This document shows, piece by piece, positions 38,101-46,533 of a DNA stretch of 64,000 bases (the first letter of the stretch is position 1; the number at the start of each line of letters is the position of its first letter). The DNA lies in IMG/VR virus record IMGVR_UViG_3300003322_000628, positions 259 through 64,258 of that record. One strand, written 5' to 3'. Under the pieces are notes generated by a model. That model made no database searches. It worked only from the letters and a program-made list of their open reading frames with translations, and was not told where the DNA came from. A program made the translations under genes and the position numbers. This stretch comes from a virus. Taxonomy: Duplodnaviria; Caudoviricetes.

Positions 38101-40653
38101 GCCTCTTCCTCTAGCTATGCTCTGTCCGGCCGACTTATCAAAAAATTCGTGGCCTCCGCTAATAACAGCGTCTAGAAGCGTGTCCATCTTAGGACTCATA
38201 CCGAGCATATTACGGATGCCAGATACGACCGCATCATACATAGTGCGCAGTCGGTGGAACTTAGCCTTATCTGAGCTAAACTCAGGTACAGCCTTCTCTA
38301 CTTCCGATAGCTTAATCTTCTTGAGCTGGTTGCGGAAAATAGGATTGGTGTACGTCTCCGTCATGAACTCGTGAAGATTGGTTACACCGTACTGCTCTGC
38401 AAATCCTTTGAAGTCTGACTTAGGTCCGGCCTTATCCTTCACTATACCAGCAGAATAATCAAAGAGCTTCTTTAGTCTACCAAAAGCTAGAGCCTGCTCA
38501 CCAGAAAGCTTTCCATCCAATCCAGCCTGTAGTGCGCGTGCTGTAATAGCGTGCGTGCCTTCATGTAAATAGGCGTGCACTGTCTGCATCTCTGGATCGA
38601 GACGAGCCTCGTGTGCCGACTGAGAGTAGTAGCCAAAGCCCGGCTGTTGATTGCTCAGGGCCTTTTGGGCAAGATAAGATGCATGTAGAGGATCGTTCTC
38701 ATCGAACGCCTTAAACTTAACATCCGCGCCACCGAGCTTCTTGTCTAGCTCTTGGAGATACTTAGCGTACTCACTAATCTCAGGATGTACTCCTGCGTCT
38801 CCGCGAGCTACGTCTCGCAATACTTCGTGGAATGTCAGGCTGCCATCGGCCAGCTTAGCCTTCCATGTTTGGGGAACGTTCTTGGTGGAAAAGAGAGGAT
38901 TGCCCATCTCAACTCCACCAGACTGTCCTTCAAGAAACGCTGCCCTACGTGCGCGAGCTTCCTGCAAACTCTGCTCTAGAGTTTTGGATTTTGAAGTTGG
39001 GGCTTCTGCCGTCTTCCGAGAATATGGAACAAAGCCTTCCTTAGAAGGTCCCCTATTAAACATGTCCTGCTGCTCAGGAAATGCAAATTGCTCTTGCGTT
39101 TGTTCTACAACCTTTGGCTGTGTTGGGTTGAACAAATCCCCTTGGGTTTCTGCGACAGCCTCAGGAGCAACGAGAGCTTCCGCGTCAGCAGTTGAGCGAA
39201 TATCTGGGTAGATATTTTCGTTCTGTAGTCCCTTAGCACGTCTTAGACCCGCATCTCTAAAAGCCTGACGCATAGCGTCATTAGGAGCTTCTTCTGTGTA
39301 ACCAGTCGGATTATCTAGTGTACCTTGTAGCGTAGCCTCTACTGGCTGCTCATTTACAGGCGTACGCACATCCCATAAATCTGGGTGCTGCGCGGCTGCT
39401 TCCGGGTTGTTGCCCGCGGCATATTGCTGCTCAAGTTCTGCAAGTCCTTGCTCTCTGGTGGCGTTATCAATGGCTTCCTGCTGCTGGCGTAAACGCTCCT
39501 GTCGCTGCTGGAAGTAGTTGCGCTCTAGAGCGGCCTGCTGATCTGGGTGACGATCAGCTCCAGAAAGAATATCCTCTGCTCTACGATATTCCGCAGTAGA
39601 GGCATCTACATGTTTGCCAAACAGATCGCCCTGTACTTGGCTTTCACCAGACTGAGTGAATAAGTCCCCCTGTTCAGGCTCCTTGCGGCGATTGATTATG
39701 TCGCTCTGCCTTTTAGCCGCCGCGCCAAAATCGTATTCTTTACTTGGACTCGCAGCTTCGACACCGGCGTCAAACGCCGCGTCTCCCGTCTTGGGGATTT
39801 CAGACTTTGGTGCCCTAGCTCGCTCCCCAAACAAACTACCAAACGCACCCATACCTGCCGCCAATGCAGCATCTTCCTTAGTAAAATCTTCCCCGCTCAA
39901 AGCCTTCTCAGCAGCTGCAATTCCGACACTTCCGGGAACTTGCACCGCAGCTCTCTTAGCTACACCAAGTAGCCCCGTAGCCCCCTTGAAAGGCAGTCCT
40001 AGAGCCAGCATAGCCTCATTAGCTGCTGTGCTCTTACCTAGCTCTTTGTACGCCTTAGGTAGACTGCCCGTCTGGTCTAGAGCCTCTCTAGCAGCCTCTG
40101 GTCCCATACCAACAATAGAGGTTGGAAGAAGCCCGCCCACGAGCGATCCTGCCGTCTTACCAGCATCCTCAACTCCAACCATCTCCTGATCGGCAGCTTT
40201 GCTCAGAGCGTCAGCTGCTTCAAATGCCTGTGTAGATTGGCGAGCCTCTGGTGGCAGAAATTGTTCCTGAGGATTTAGAGACAGCAAGCCACCTCCGGCC
40301 ACACTAAGGCCGGCTAGTCCCTTACCTAATAGGCCCCCGGTTTCTTTGGAGGCGCTGCGTAGGAAGTTGAGGCCCTGTGCTACGCGCGGATTGTCCACAT
40401 CCCCAAAGTAGTTGGTGGATACACCACTCTCCACATCTGGGAACGTGTTAGTAGCAGAGCCTGCCTGAACATTGTCCCACTGGCTAGGCGCCTTTTCTTT
40501 TGGATCGGGCTGGAGATTGAACACCGTGTCAGGAGGAGCAAGTCCCTTGCTAACAACAATTTCCTTTAGACGCGCGTTTACTTTCGCTGGGTCTTTCCCT
40601 GCGTTCATGGCGCCTATAGCCAAAGCCATGTAGTCGTCTAAAGTCTTAGCCAT
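35104..40653 (-). CDS. large internal virion (ejection) protein with zincin-like HExxH domain
   Basis: 1849 aa, Ala/Gly/Lys-rich; YLHEGTHAIT...NLHEFMTE. Confidence 0.8.
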   Translation of the reverse strand: MAKTLDDYMALAIGAMNAGKDPAKVNARLKEIVVSKGLAPPDTVFNLQPDPKEKAPSQWDNVQAGSATNTFPDVESGVSTNYFGDVDNPRVAQGLNFLRSASKETGGLLGKGLAGLSVAGGGLLSLNPQEQFLPPEARQSTQAFEAADALSKAADQEMVGVEDAGKTAGSLVGGLLPTSIVGMGPEAAREALDQTGSLPKAYKELGKSTAANEAMLALGLPFKGATGLLGVAKRAAVQVPGSVGIAAAEKALSGEDFTKEDAALAAGMGAFGSLFGERARAPKSEIPKTGDAAFDAGVEAASPSKEYDFGAAAKRQSDIINRRKEPEQGDLFTQSGESQVQGDLFGKHVDASTAEYRRAEDILSGADRHPDQQAALERNYFQQRQERLRQQQEAIDNATREQGLAELEQQYAAGNNPEAAAQHPDLWDVRTPVNEQPVEATLQGTLDNPTGYTEEAPNDAMRQAFRDAGLRRAKGLQNENIYPDIRSTADAEALVAPEAVAETQGDLFNPTQPKVVEQTQEQFAFPEQQDMFNRGPSKEGFVPYSRKTAEAPTSKSKTLEQSLQEARARRAAFLEGQSGGVEMGNPLFSTKNVPQTWKAKLADGSLTFHEVLRDVARGDAGVHPEISEYAKYLQELDKKLGGADVKFKAFDENDPLHASYLAQKALSNQQPGFGYYSQSAHEARLDPEMQTVHAYLHEGTHAITARALQAGLDGKLSGEQALAFGRLKKLFDYSAGIVKDKAGPKSDFKGFAEQYGVTNLHEFMTETYTNPIFRNQLKKIKLSEVEKAVPEFSSDKAKFHRLRTMYDAVVSGIRNMLGMSPKMDTLLDAVISGGHEFFDKSAGQSIARGRGVLNADRPEELQKPRSKVVVAAKALLSSKGIEPIVHYAKKTKQGIANEGELEAAQSAKRLRRVTSKENESDIGRAMEGDVASLKRLDPAAQQVVKAEWLNNYDRSLKIGEQIALDPNATAKQKEIGQTIIERAGNYQTRAYAANEIKGYMKDKAKLYEQAKKAIAAGKEPTAEQASAFKDFDTARKYLEQTWLPDVQNLASRHTDELEQLYKFHTGLDADAQLKGLKGDTRRDAMVGAIADKMRKMADKDKVLDDIVMAAAGLGDKKNTQRRYFGNLRRSGGIYSELGDVPEELRQFWGELKNPIARNLATVRTQYNYLSNLAAQNQLRAEGMGKIFSEARNGTHDEAITGEKMGPLQGLFTTPDVKKAMDSVFQMDKTAGDWIDSLIADGSGVSAAANLAARAVKPVRKIAGITKLASVLGNVGNFANNFVGSPMQLLSNGNISPTAIGKGIKMMIDTTLADRRSGLSPDARDAFRYGLVEYSHMEELRGSKAASRIKQYMEEAYSKPNPVQWLYGKVREAGRLGLEGYKELYSAMDLYTKMANWHNELDFWKGHNEKHGINMSEDQLKEFVARRINDTNITPSMAPPVLRFTEATGLSRFATYYSEVARTLKNNFMVGVQDVRDGLANGQLDLARHGIARLSGVGGSMVAYNKYAASIAKAAAAAAGLAATQLADDDPRKKYMDKDKFWNSQDSMILADPEHPEDGEYAYDLSRPNPYAPITTPLNHLYEALALAGNGKTKEAQDKAEQAFDNISGLWASNTMWKALSKVWNDSKPSTARTAEDAYNFMHEQLTKAGVSAKGADNLIAATEPLVLKTAANIAQSNKLESTPLKYAVASGIGAQKLDIASDVGSFVGASAKKEINKAKNSYADLMKANYESSPERLEKAFISTLKDAAKPYEKLRLGVEAAKEQGATRRDLVARLKAAGISEGMISTLLRNEPLKVTELAADLKKDLEQDMLGATQDKKQEAKERFRYNMTQLNTLLRQYRTVDVDEL

Positions 40654-41438
40654 TATTCAATGTCACCGAAAGGATTGTCTTCTTCTGTATCATCTTCTTC
40701 ACTAGCCTGAGCAGGAGCAACAAGTCCCATAGGCTGAGGAGTTTTCACAACGTTGTACATTGGACGCAGTTTGTCTTCAATCTGCTTGCGGGCTGTCTGC
40801 CGAGCCTGCCATTCCTGTAGAGCCGCCTGTGCACCCTTCTTACGCGCTGGGCTGGCGTTTGGATCGGCCAGCGTAGACTTAGCTAGTTCTGCATCGGCTG
40901 CTGTGATTGTCGTTGCATCAGGCTTGCCGTACTGCCGAGCAAATGCTTCGTCCACATTTTTCTGGAACAGGGCCTCATCAACTTCATTTACTGGCTTACG
41001 ATTGCTGACTTTAGGCTTTCCTAGATTAGCGGTTTTAGCCTGAACTAGGCTTGTCTGTGCAGCTAGTAATCCGGGCCTACCTTCAGCCATTGCCAAAGCC
41101 GCTGCTGCATTTGCCTGCTTATAAGCAGTGTCGCCTTCAAGCTTCTGCTTTAGAAGTTCCCTGCCTTCTGGAGTTTCCTGAAATACCTCTTGCATCTGTC
41201 CACGTTCATTCAAGCCCACAATGTTGCCTTCGGCCGTCTTCATGAAGTGCGTGTACTTAGGGAATGTCTTGGCAAACTCTTCTTTCTTCTGTAGAAGGTC
41301 CATCTCAAGCTTGTTAGCTAGCTCAGCTTTACGCTTGGCTAGCTCAAAGTCTTTTTCTCTGTCTTCGTCCTTGTCCCTAGACTTGACGAAGTATTCTAGG
41401 CCTGCGCCTAGACCGGCGAGGAGTCCTGCATTAGCCAT
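40653..41438 (-). CDS. putative internal virion protein
   Basis: GLLAGLGAG start, helical; position in operon. Confidence 0.65.
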   Translation of the reverse strand: MANAGLLAGLGAGLEYFVKSRDKDEDREKDFELAKRKAELANKLEMDLLQKKEEFAKTFPKYTHFMKTAEGNIVGLNERGQMQEVFQETPEGRELLKQKLEGDTAYKQANAAAALAMAEGRPGLLAAQTSLVQAKTANLGKPKVSNRKPVNEVDEALFQKNVDEAFARQYGKPDATTITAADAELAKSTLADPNASPARKKGAQAALQEWQARQTARKQIEDKLRPMYNVVKTPQPMGLVAPAQASEEDDTEEDNPFGDIE

Positions 41439-41908
41439 TATATCTCTCCTTGCATAGGCGCTACTAGTCCACCACCAGCACCATCATCTTCACCGCCGTC
41501 TGGGTTGGGGGCTTCAGCAGGAGCCGGCATACCACTACCGCCGCCTGCCTGTTCGTGCTGATTCATCAAATCCATGATTGCCTGCTTAACGGCCTGCAGC
41601 ATCTTAGGATCGCCAAATTGCTTTCCAAATGCTGACACAAGCATCTGTGCTACCTGCATAACCACATTGTCTAGCACGCCGCCCTTAGCAATCCATACAC
41701 GCCCGTCTATAGGAAGTTGGGCTTTGGCTAATGCCTGACGTGCATGGACCATCTCGATAAAGATAGCATGAGCTAGAGCATTGACAGGATCGTTCTGATT
41801 CTGCTGAATGTATTGGAGAATGTTGTCCTTGTCACCAAATACCTTATTCATAAGGAGATTGGTAACTAGTTTTACATCGCCCTTTGCACTGTCATTTTTA
41901 CCAGCCAT
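41438..41908 (-). CDS. hypothetical virion-operon protein
   Basis: coupled ORF. Confidence 0.65.
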   Translation of the reverse strand: MAGKNDSAKGDVKLVTNLLMNKVFGDKDNILQYIQQNQNDPVNALAHAIFIEMVHARQALAKAQLPIDGRVWIAKGGVLDNVVMQVAQMLVSAFGKQFGDPKMLQAVKQAIMDLMNQHEQAGGGSGMPAPAEAPNPDGGEDDGAGGGLVAPMQGEI

Positions 41909-42413
41909 TTGCTAGAGGTCCTGAAGTTGGCTTTGGCGTGAGCAAACCAAAGATATTTGTGGGATTGTTCTCTGCCTTAGACGGATCACGATAAAAGCCC
42001 TTGTACTTCTGATAGGCGTCTGATAACTGCTTACCATGCGCTTGGTAGTATTTCTCATCCTCTGCAAGCTTTGCTCTATAGAGCTGCTCGTTAAGTTGCT
42101 CCTGAAGCTTGAGCTGCTCGGCACTCTGCTTGCCCTGAGCCATACTATTCAAATACCCTGCGCCAGCCATTAGCCCGGCATTCATCAGCCCACCGTAATT
42201 AAAGCCAGAGCCATCATTCCCGCCCGTAGCAGACGGTCCGCCATAGGTGTAGTCGTTATACCCATCGTAGTTGGAGGTGTCATTAAAGTTGTAGTTGGAC
42301 AGATCATTCTGACTATTCCACCAGTCAGACATGTTGTAGTCTGTTCCAGTGTCTGTCAGGTCGGTGTCCGATCCACCAAACCAACCATCATCGTATAGGT
42401 TCCAGTCATCCAT
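41898..42413 (-). CDS. putative ejection protein
   Basis: D/N/Y-rich N-terminus, Gly/Ala segment, coiled coil. Confidence 0.6.
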   Translation of the reverse strand: MDDWNLYDDGWFGGSDTDLTDTGTDYNMSDWWNSQNDLSNYNFNDTSNYDGYNDYTYGGPSATGGNDGSGFNYGGLMNAGLMAGAGYLNSMAQGKQSAEQLKLQEQLNEQLYRAKLAEDEKYYQAHGKQLSDAYQKYKGFYRDPSKAENNPTNIFGLLTPKPTSGPLANGW

Positions 42414-43285
42414 TAGTAACTACCTCCCTGCCAAGTAGGGAGGGGCGCATAGTTGCTAGGTGTGTCATACCAAGGACTATTTTCGCTCCATCCATTTGTC
42501 GGCTGGCCTGCGTTTGTAGCGAAGCCAAATAGATTGTCATAGTAGGAATTGCTCCCCTGAGTCGCTCTATCTAGATAGCCTTGGAACGCTTCCGGGTCGT
42601 TCATCACGAAGGGATTGTCCATACCATTTAAATAGGCCTGATGCGTAAAGCTGTTGTCGCTATTCAGCATATTGGCGCCAAGATTAAATGCGCTCTGGCG
42701 TAGCTGATTACCAAACTGCTGCCGTTGCATGTAGTCTTGGAACGACCTGCCTAGTCCTGCCTGATCGCCCTCAAAGGTACGATTCTCTCTATTGTTGAGC
42801 AGGTTAAGCTCGGAGCCATACCGCGAGGCTGCTGCAGCACCAGCTGCATTAGCACGAGAGGTATAGTTGTTCAGATTAGTTGCGAGAATAGAATTCAGCG
42901 CATCCATGTTCTGCCCAGCGGCCGTGCCGTATGTGTTAGCGTCCTGTTGTGCTATTGGAGCAGCTGCCTGAATGGCGGAAGCCATAGAATTACCAGCGGC
43001 CATTCCACTATTTAATAGGCCCCTACTAGCAGCCGTACGCAGGCCCGAGGCACGAGCCTGCTGCATGTACGGAGAATTGCTAGCTAGCAAACCATTAAGC
43101 TGTGTGCTCATTAGCTCGTTGGGCTGCACGTTACGCACGTAGGCGCTATTAGCGCCTCCGCCCGCATTTGAAATGCCCGAAGGCAGGTTGGTATAGTTAC
43201 CTATGTAACTAGAGCCATACCCACCGCCATAGCCATTAGAACTGTAAACATTCTGAGGCATTGGAGTTATTTGTGGTGTGGGCAT
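42413..43285 (-). CDS. putative ejection protein
   Basis: LLASNSPYMQQAR...RGLLNS...AAAPIAQQDA motif. Confidence 0.7.
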   Translation of the reverse strand: MPTPQITPMPQNVYSSNGYGGGYGSSYIGNYTNLPSGISNAGGGANSAYVRNVQPNELMSTQLNGLLASNSPYMQQARASGLRTAASRGLLNSGMAAGNSMASAIQAAAPIAQQDANTYGTAAGQNMDALNSILATNLNNYTSRANAAGAAAASRYGSELNLLNNRENRTFEGDQAGLGRSFQDYMQRQQFGNQLRQSAFNLGANMLNSDNSFTHQAYLNGMDNPFVMNDPEAFQGYLDRATQGSNSYYDNLFGFATNAGQPTNGWSENSPWYDTPSNYAPLPTWQGGSY

Positions 43286-46200
43286 TATACATCTCCCTTA
43301 TTTTCAGTGTGCTGCACCAACATTGCCTGTAGAACGAATGGAGGGCACACTTCTGCATTCACAGGGTCTTTCGTTGTCAAAGGCTGCGTTATAGTGTTAT
43401 AGGACATAAACTTCATAGAGAAGCTTCTTCCCCTAGTAGCTAGAGCAGACATGTTAGTGGTTGGCTCAAAGTCATCAGACACCATAGCTGTTACTTCTCT
43501 AGGTAAACTAGCGTCAACAACTACGCGCTGATTGCTATACGTTTTGTCATCGTTGGATTCATAATCCTTGCCTACATGCATCTTGATAGGAGCATAGCCA
43601 AGAGACATGCCGTGTAATCTACACTTCCTAGCATTGTCGTAGTTGAATGGACTGCCGAAGAAGTTCTCATTTGAAATGATGTAGCACGGAATTCCTTTTC
43701 CATCAAATGTCCAACTTTTGCCATATTCATAGACGTAGTAGGTAGATAGGGTGGCGCTCTTTGAATAGTGACCAAGATGAATGTGCTCCGCTCCCGTACT
43801 ATCTATCCAACTCGCCTCTGCTCTAGGAACAAAGAAGCCCTTAAATAAGCCTTCGACAGGTGTATCGCTATAGATAGCAGGGGCTCGTATCGTAAAATGA
43901 GGCTGTTGATCCTGAGCTAATGTCATGCAAAGCCAGTAGCCATCCCCCATACATAGCCAGTATTGGTTTAGACTGCGATACGCTATTCCTACAACGGGAG
44001 CGCTTCCCGCACCAACAGTACCGATAGGGTTTATAACTCCCTGCAGTCTTGGCAGTAGCCAAGGACTTACTATGTAAGATAGACGTGATTTGGCAAAGTC
44101 ACCATAAGCTGAGGTTTGATCAAAGATCGAGATTCCCTTATTAGAGCAGTAGATAGGACGTCCGACGTCAGCTACTGTGTACTCAATGGCACCTTCATAA
44201 GGATTTAGCACTGTTAGAGAGAAGTTATCAATCGACGTTCCTGTCAACCCATGGATGCTGTTCTTACAGAAGATTCCCAGTGTGGTGCCTTCCATACGAG
44301 CGTATCCCACAACAGGGTCGCCTGTATCAATCTCTATTGCTCCGGCAGTACCATCGAAGTTTGTTGGCTCTCCTATGACAGAGAGTTGGTTGGAACCTGA
44401 AGCGAAGCCAAGCACCAGATGAAACTGATGATCAGATACATGTCGTGGTTTATCTTTTGTGCTGTCAATCTGAGTGTAGATTGTGTTGAAATAGAAGCCG
44501 TCGTATGTAAATGCTCGTCTAGGCCCACTTACTCCGTAAAAGGCCTCAAAGTCTTCATTGCCTGTAAAATTAGCAGTGATAAACTGATAGCGAGATTTAG
44601 CTGTCTCTAATTCTGATAGTGGCGCTAGGCCGTTGTAGACAAACGCCTGATCAGTCGCTACCACAGTGGCTACAACAACACCAGCGCCCCCGGGCTGTGT
44701 CCTAATTTCGTCTCCCGGCGACACATAATATCTAGTTCCCGAAGCCACAGGTATCACATCTGTAATTTGCACAATGCCCGACGCGTCGCTTTCGCTCCAT
44801 GACGTATCCGGGTCTAGAAACTGATATGTAAGTTTTCCTGTAACGTCATCCACTCCATTCCAAAAATAGTAGTTGGTAATGGTGATGGTGTAGTACACTT
44901 TGATCTGAACATAGTAAATGTCAATGGTGCCTGCATAGCTAGTAGTTACTTTGCTTACAAAAGGCTGCAAGAAGAAGCCAAAATTACTATCCAGATTAGA
45001 CTTCATCTGGGCTGCTGACAGGCCGAACAAGCTAGTTGGACCACCAAAAGTCAGCTGTCCCAAGTCCTGTACTGGCAATGATGCGTCTGCAGGCAGTAGC
45101 TGCGTTTGTGGGGAAGAGCCTACAACTAAAGAGCCGCTACTGGAAGGCTGCACAGCTATGGAAGCTGTACGAGGGCTACTATCCGCAAAAGTAAATCTGC
45201 CAGTAACCATAAGCTCCACGCCCTTAACTTCGATAGTAGGGTCTGCGGAGAAGCCGGCAATGTCGGTGAAGTTGCTTAGCACAATGTTACCGGGAGTAAC
45301 TAGACTGGAGCCCGAAATAACTGTATGCTCATAAGATGACAAGCTATCGTTGTTCAGGGCAGCCGCAATCGACCCCGCACCTACAGTGGAGAACGTGTAA
45401 AGTCCTCCGGGGTTAGAAGCGACTGTCGTACCAGAAGCCGCTACGCTAACAGTTGAAATTACATCAGTAGTTACGCTACCGCCCACGCCTCTATTGTAGA
45501 GTACGAAAGGGCCCTGACTTCCGCCTTCAAATTCAATAAGAAAGCCTTGGCGTAGAGGATTCCATCCCTCGCTAACACTTAAGGCCTGCGCCTGCAGATA
45601 GTTGTTTGAACGCCAGAGATTGGCATTTGTAGCAACCATGTCTACTCCACCGGGAGCGGCGGCGATATCAAGCACATTAGCGGTAATTACCGCACTGTCC
45701 TGCTCGTTTATCAAGTCATAGGAAGTGTTACTTATTGTTGCTCCAACCTTAGGAATTAGCTCTAACACCCCTGCAGCATCACTGGAGCCCCATGCTCCTG
45801 AGAGCACTGTCACCTTCGTAATGTACAAATCATCGTCGCTACTACCGCCGTTAGGGCGTAGGATGGCATTTGGAAATACTTCCGTGTTTCCATTTTCAAA
45901 ATATGCAGTCTGCAAATCCTTTACTGCATACACTTGATCTTTGTATCCCCACAATCCGATAACAGGATTGTCCGCTTTGCCGGGATACCCCACTAGATTT
46001 GTAATTGCTCTATACAGGGCGTTTCTGGCCAAAGTAAGTTCCTTGGCCCCTACAACTCCGGCCGCGGTTTGAAATTCGTCAAAGCTCTGCACATCTGTAA
46101 TAGTTAGAGTTTGACCGTCAGCTGTAATATCTATGGTGTTGCCGGCGTTTATTGCAGCAAGAATTACTCGCCAAGAGTCGAAGTCGGTTACTGAAATACT

Positions 46201-46533
46201 CGTATACGTAGAACCGTGCTCTACTACATAGCCAAACGGAGTTGTCTCCTCTTCTACAAAAGCAGCAGATCGCGCGTCTATAGTAAAGGCATCCGAAGCG
46301 TGAACAAGATACACGGTGTTTGTATAAGTTAGTGATGGAAAGGCCGCTCCATCAAATCTCTCGTATCCGTAGATACGCGAATAGCCCATACGGTCTGTGC
46401 GCTCGAAGTTGTAGCACCCACTAAGAGTGCCTCCGGCCACAGCCACTTTGGGCGTGATTAAATCCAAGCCGCCATCTAGAGCGACGGCTTGGGGCGTATA
46501 TTGATTTTGAGAGTTGGGTCCTGCCATTACCAA
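43285..46533 (-). CDS. tail nozzle / tubular protein B-like
   Basis: LDGGLDLITP...GYSRIYGYERFDG; PRHV..HQFHLVL; SVIGEP; 1082 aa. Confidence 0.7.
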   Translation of the reverse strand: MVMAGPNSQNQYTPQAVALDGGLDLITPKVAVAGGTLSGCYNFERTDRMGYSRIYGYERFDGAAFPSLTYTNTVYLVHASDAFTIDARSAAFVEEETTPFGYVVEHGSTYTSISVTDFDSWRVILAAINAGNTIDITADGQTLTITDVQSFDEFQTAAGVVGAKELTLARNALYRAITNLVGYPGKADNPVIGLWGYKDQVYAVKDLQTAYFENGNTEVFPNAILRPNGGSSDDDLYITKVTVLSGAWGSSDAAGVLELIPKVGATISNTSYDLINEQDSAVITANVLDIAAAPGGVDMVATNANLWRSNNYLQAQALSVSEGWNPLRQGFLIEFEGGSQGPFVLYNRGVGGSVTTDVISTVSVAASGTTVASNPGGLYTFSTVGAGSIAAALNNDSLSSYEHTVISGSSLVTPGNIVLSNFTDIAGFSADPTIEVKGVELMVTGRFTFADSSPRTASIAVQPSSSGSLVVGSSPQTQLLPADASLPVQDLGQLTFGGPTSLFGLSAAQMKSNLDSNFGFFLQPFVSKVTTSYAGTIDIYYVQIKVYYTITITNYYFWNGVDDVTGKLTYQFLDPDTSWSESDASGIVQITDVIPVASGTRYYVSPGDEIRTQPGGAGVVVATVVATDQAFVYNGLAPLSELETAKSRYQFITANFTGNEDFEAFYGVSGPRRAFTYDGFYFNTIYTQIDSTKDKPRHVSDHQFHLVLGFASGSNQLSVIGEPTNFDGTAGAIEIDTGDPVVGYARMEGTTLGIFCKNSIHGLTGTSIDNFSLTVLNPYEGAIEYTVADVGRPIYCSNKGISIFDQTSAYGDFAKSRLSYIVSPWLLPRLQGVINPIGTVGAGSAPVVGIAYRSLNQYWLCMGDGYWLCMTLAQDQQPHFTIRAPAIYSDTPVEGLFKGFFVPRAEASWIDSTGAEHIHLGHYSKSATLSTYYVYEYGKSWTFDGKGIPCYIISNENFFGSPFNYDNARKCRLHGMSLGYAPIKMHVGKDYESNDDKTYSNQRVVVDASLPREVTAMVSDDFEPTTNMSALATRGRSFSMKFMSYNTITQPLTTKDPVNAEVCPPFVLQAMLVQHTENKGDV

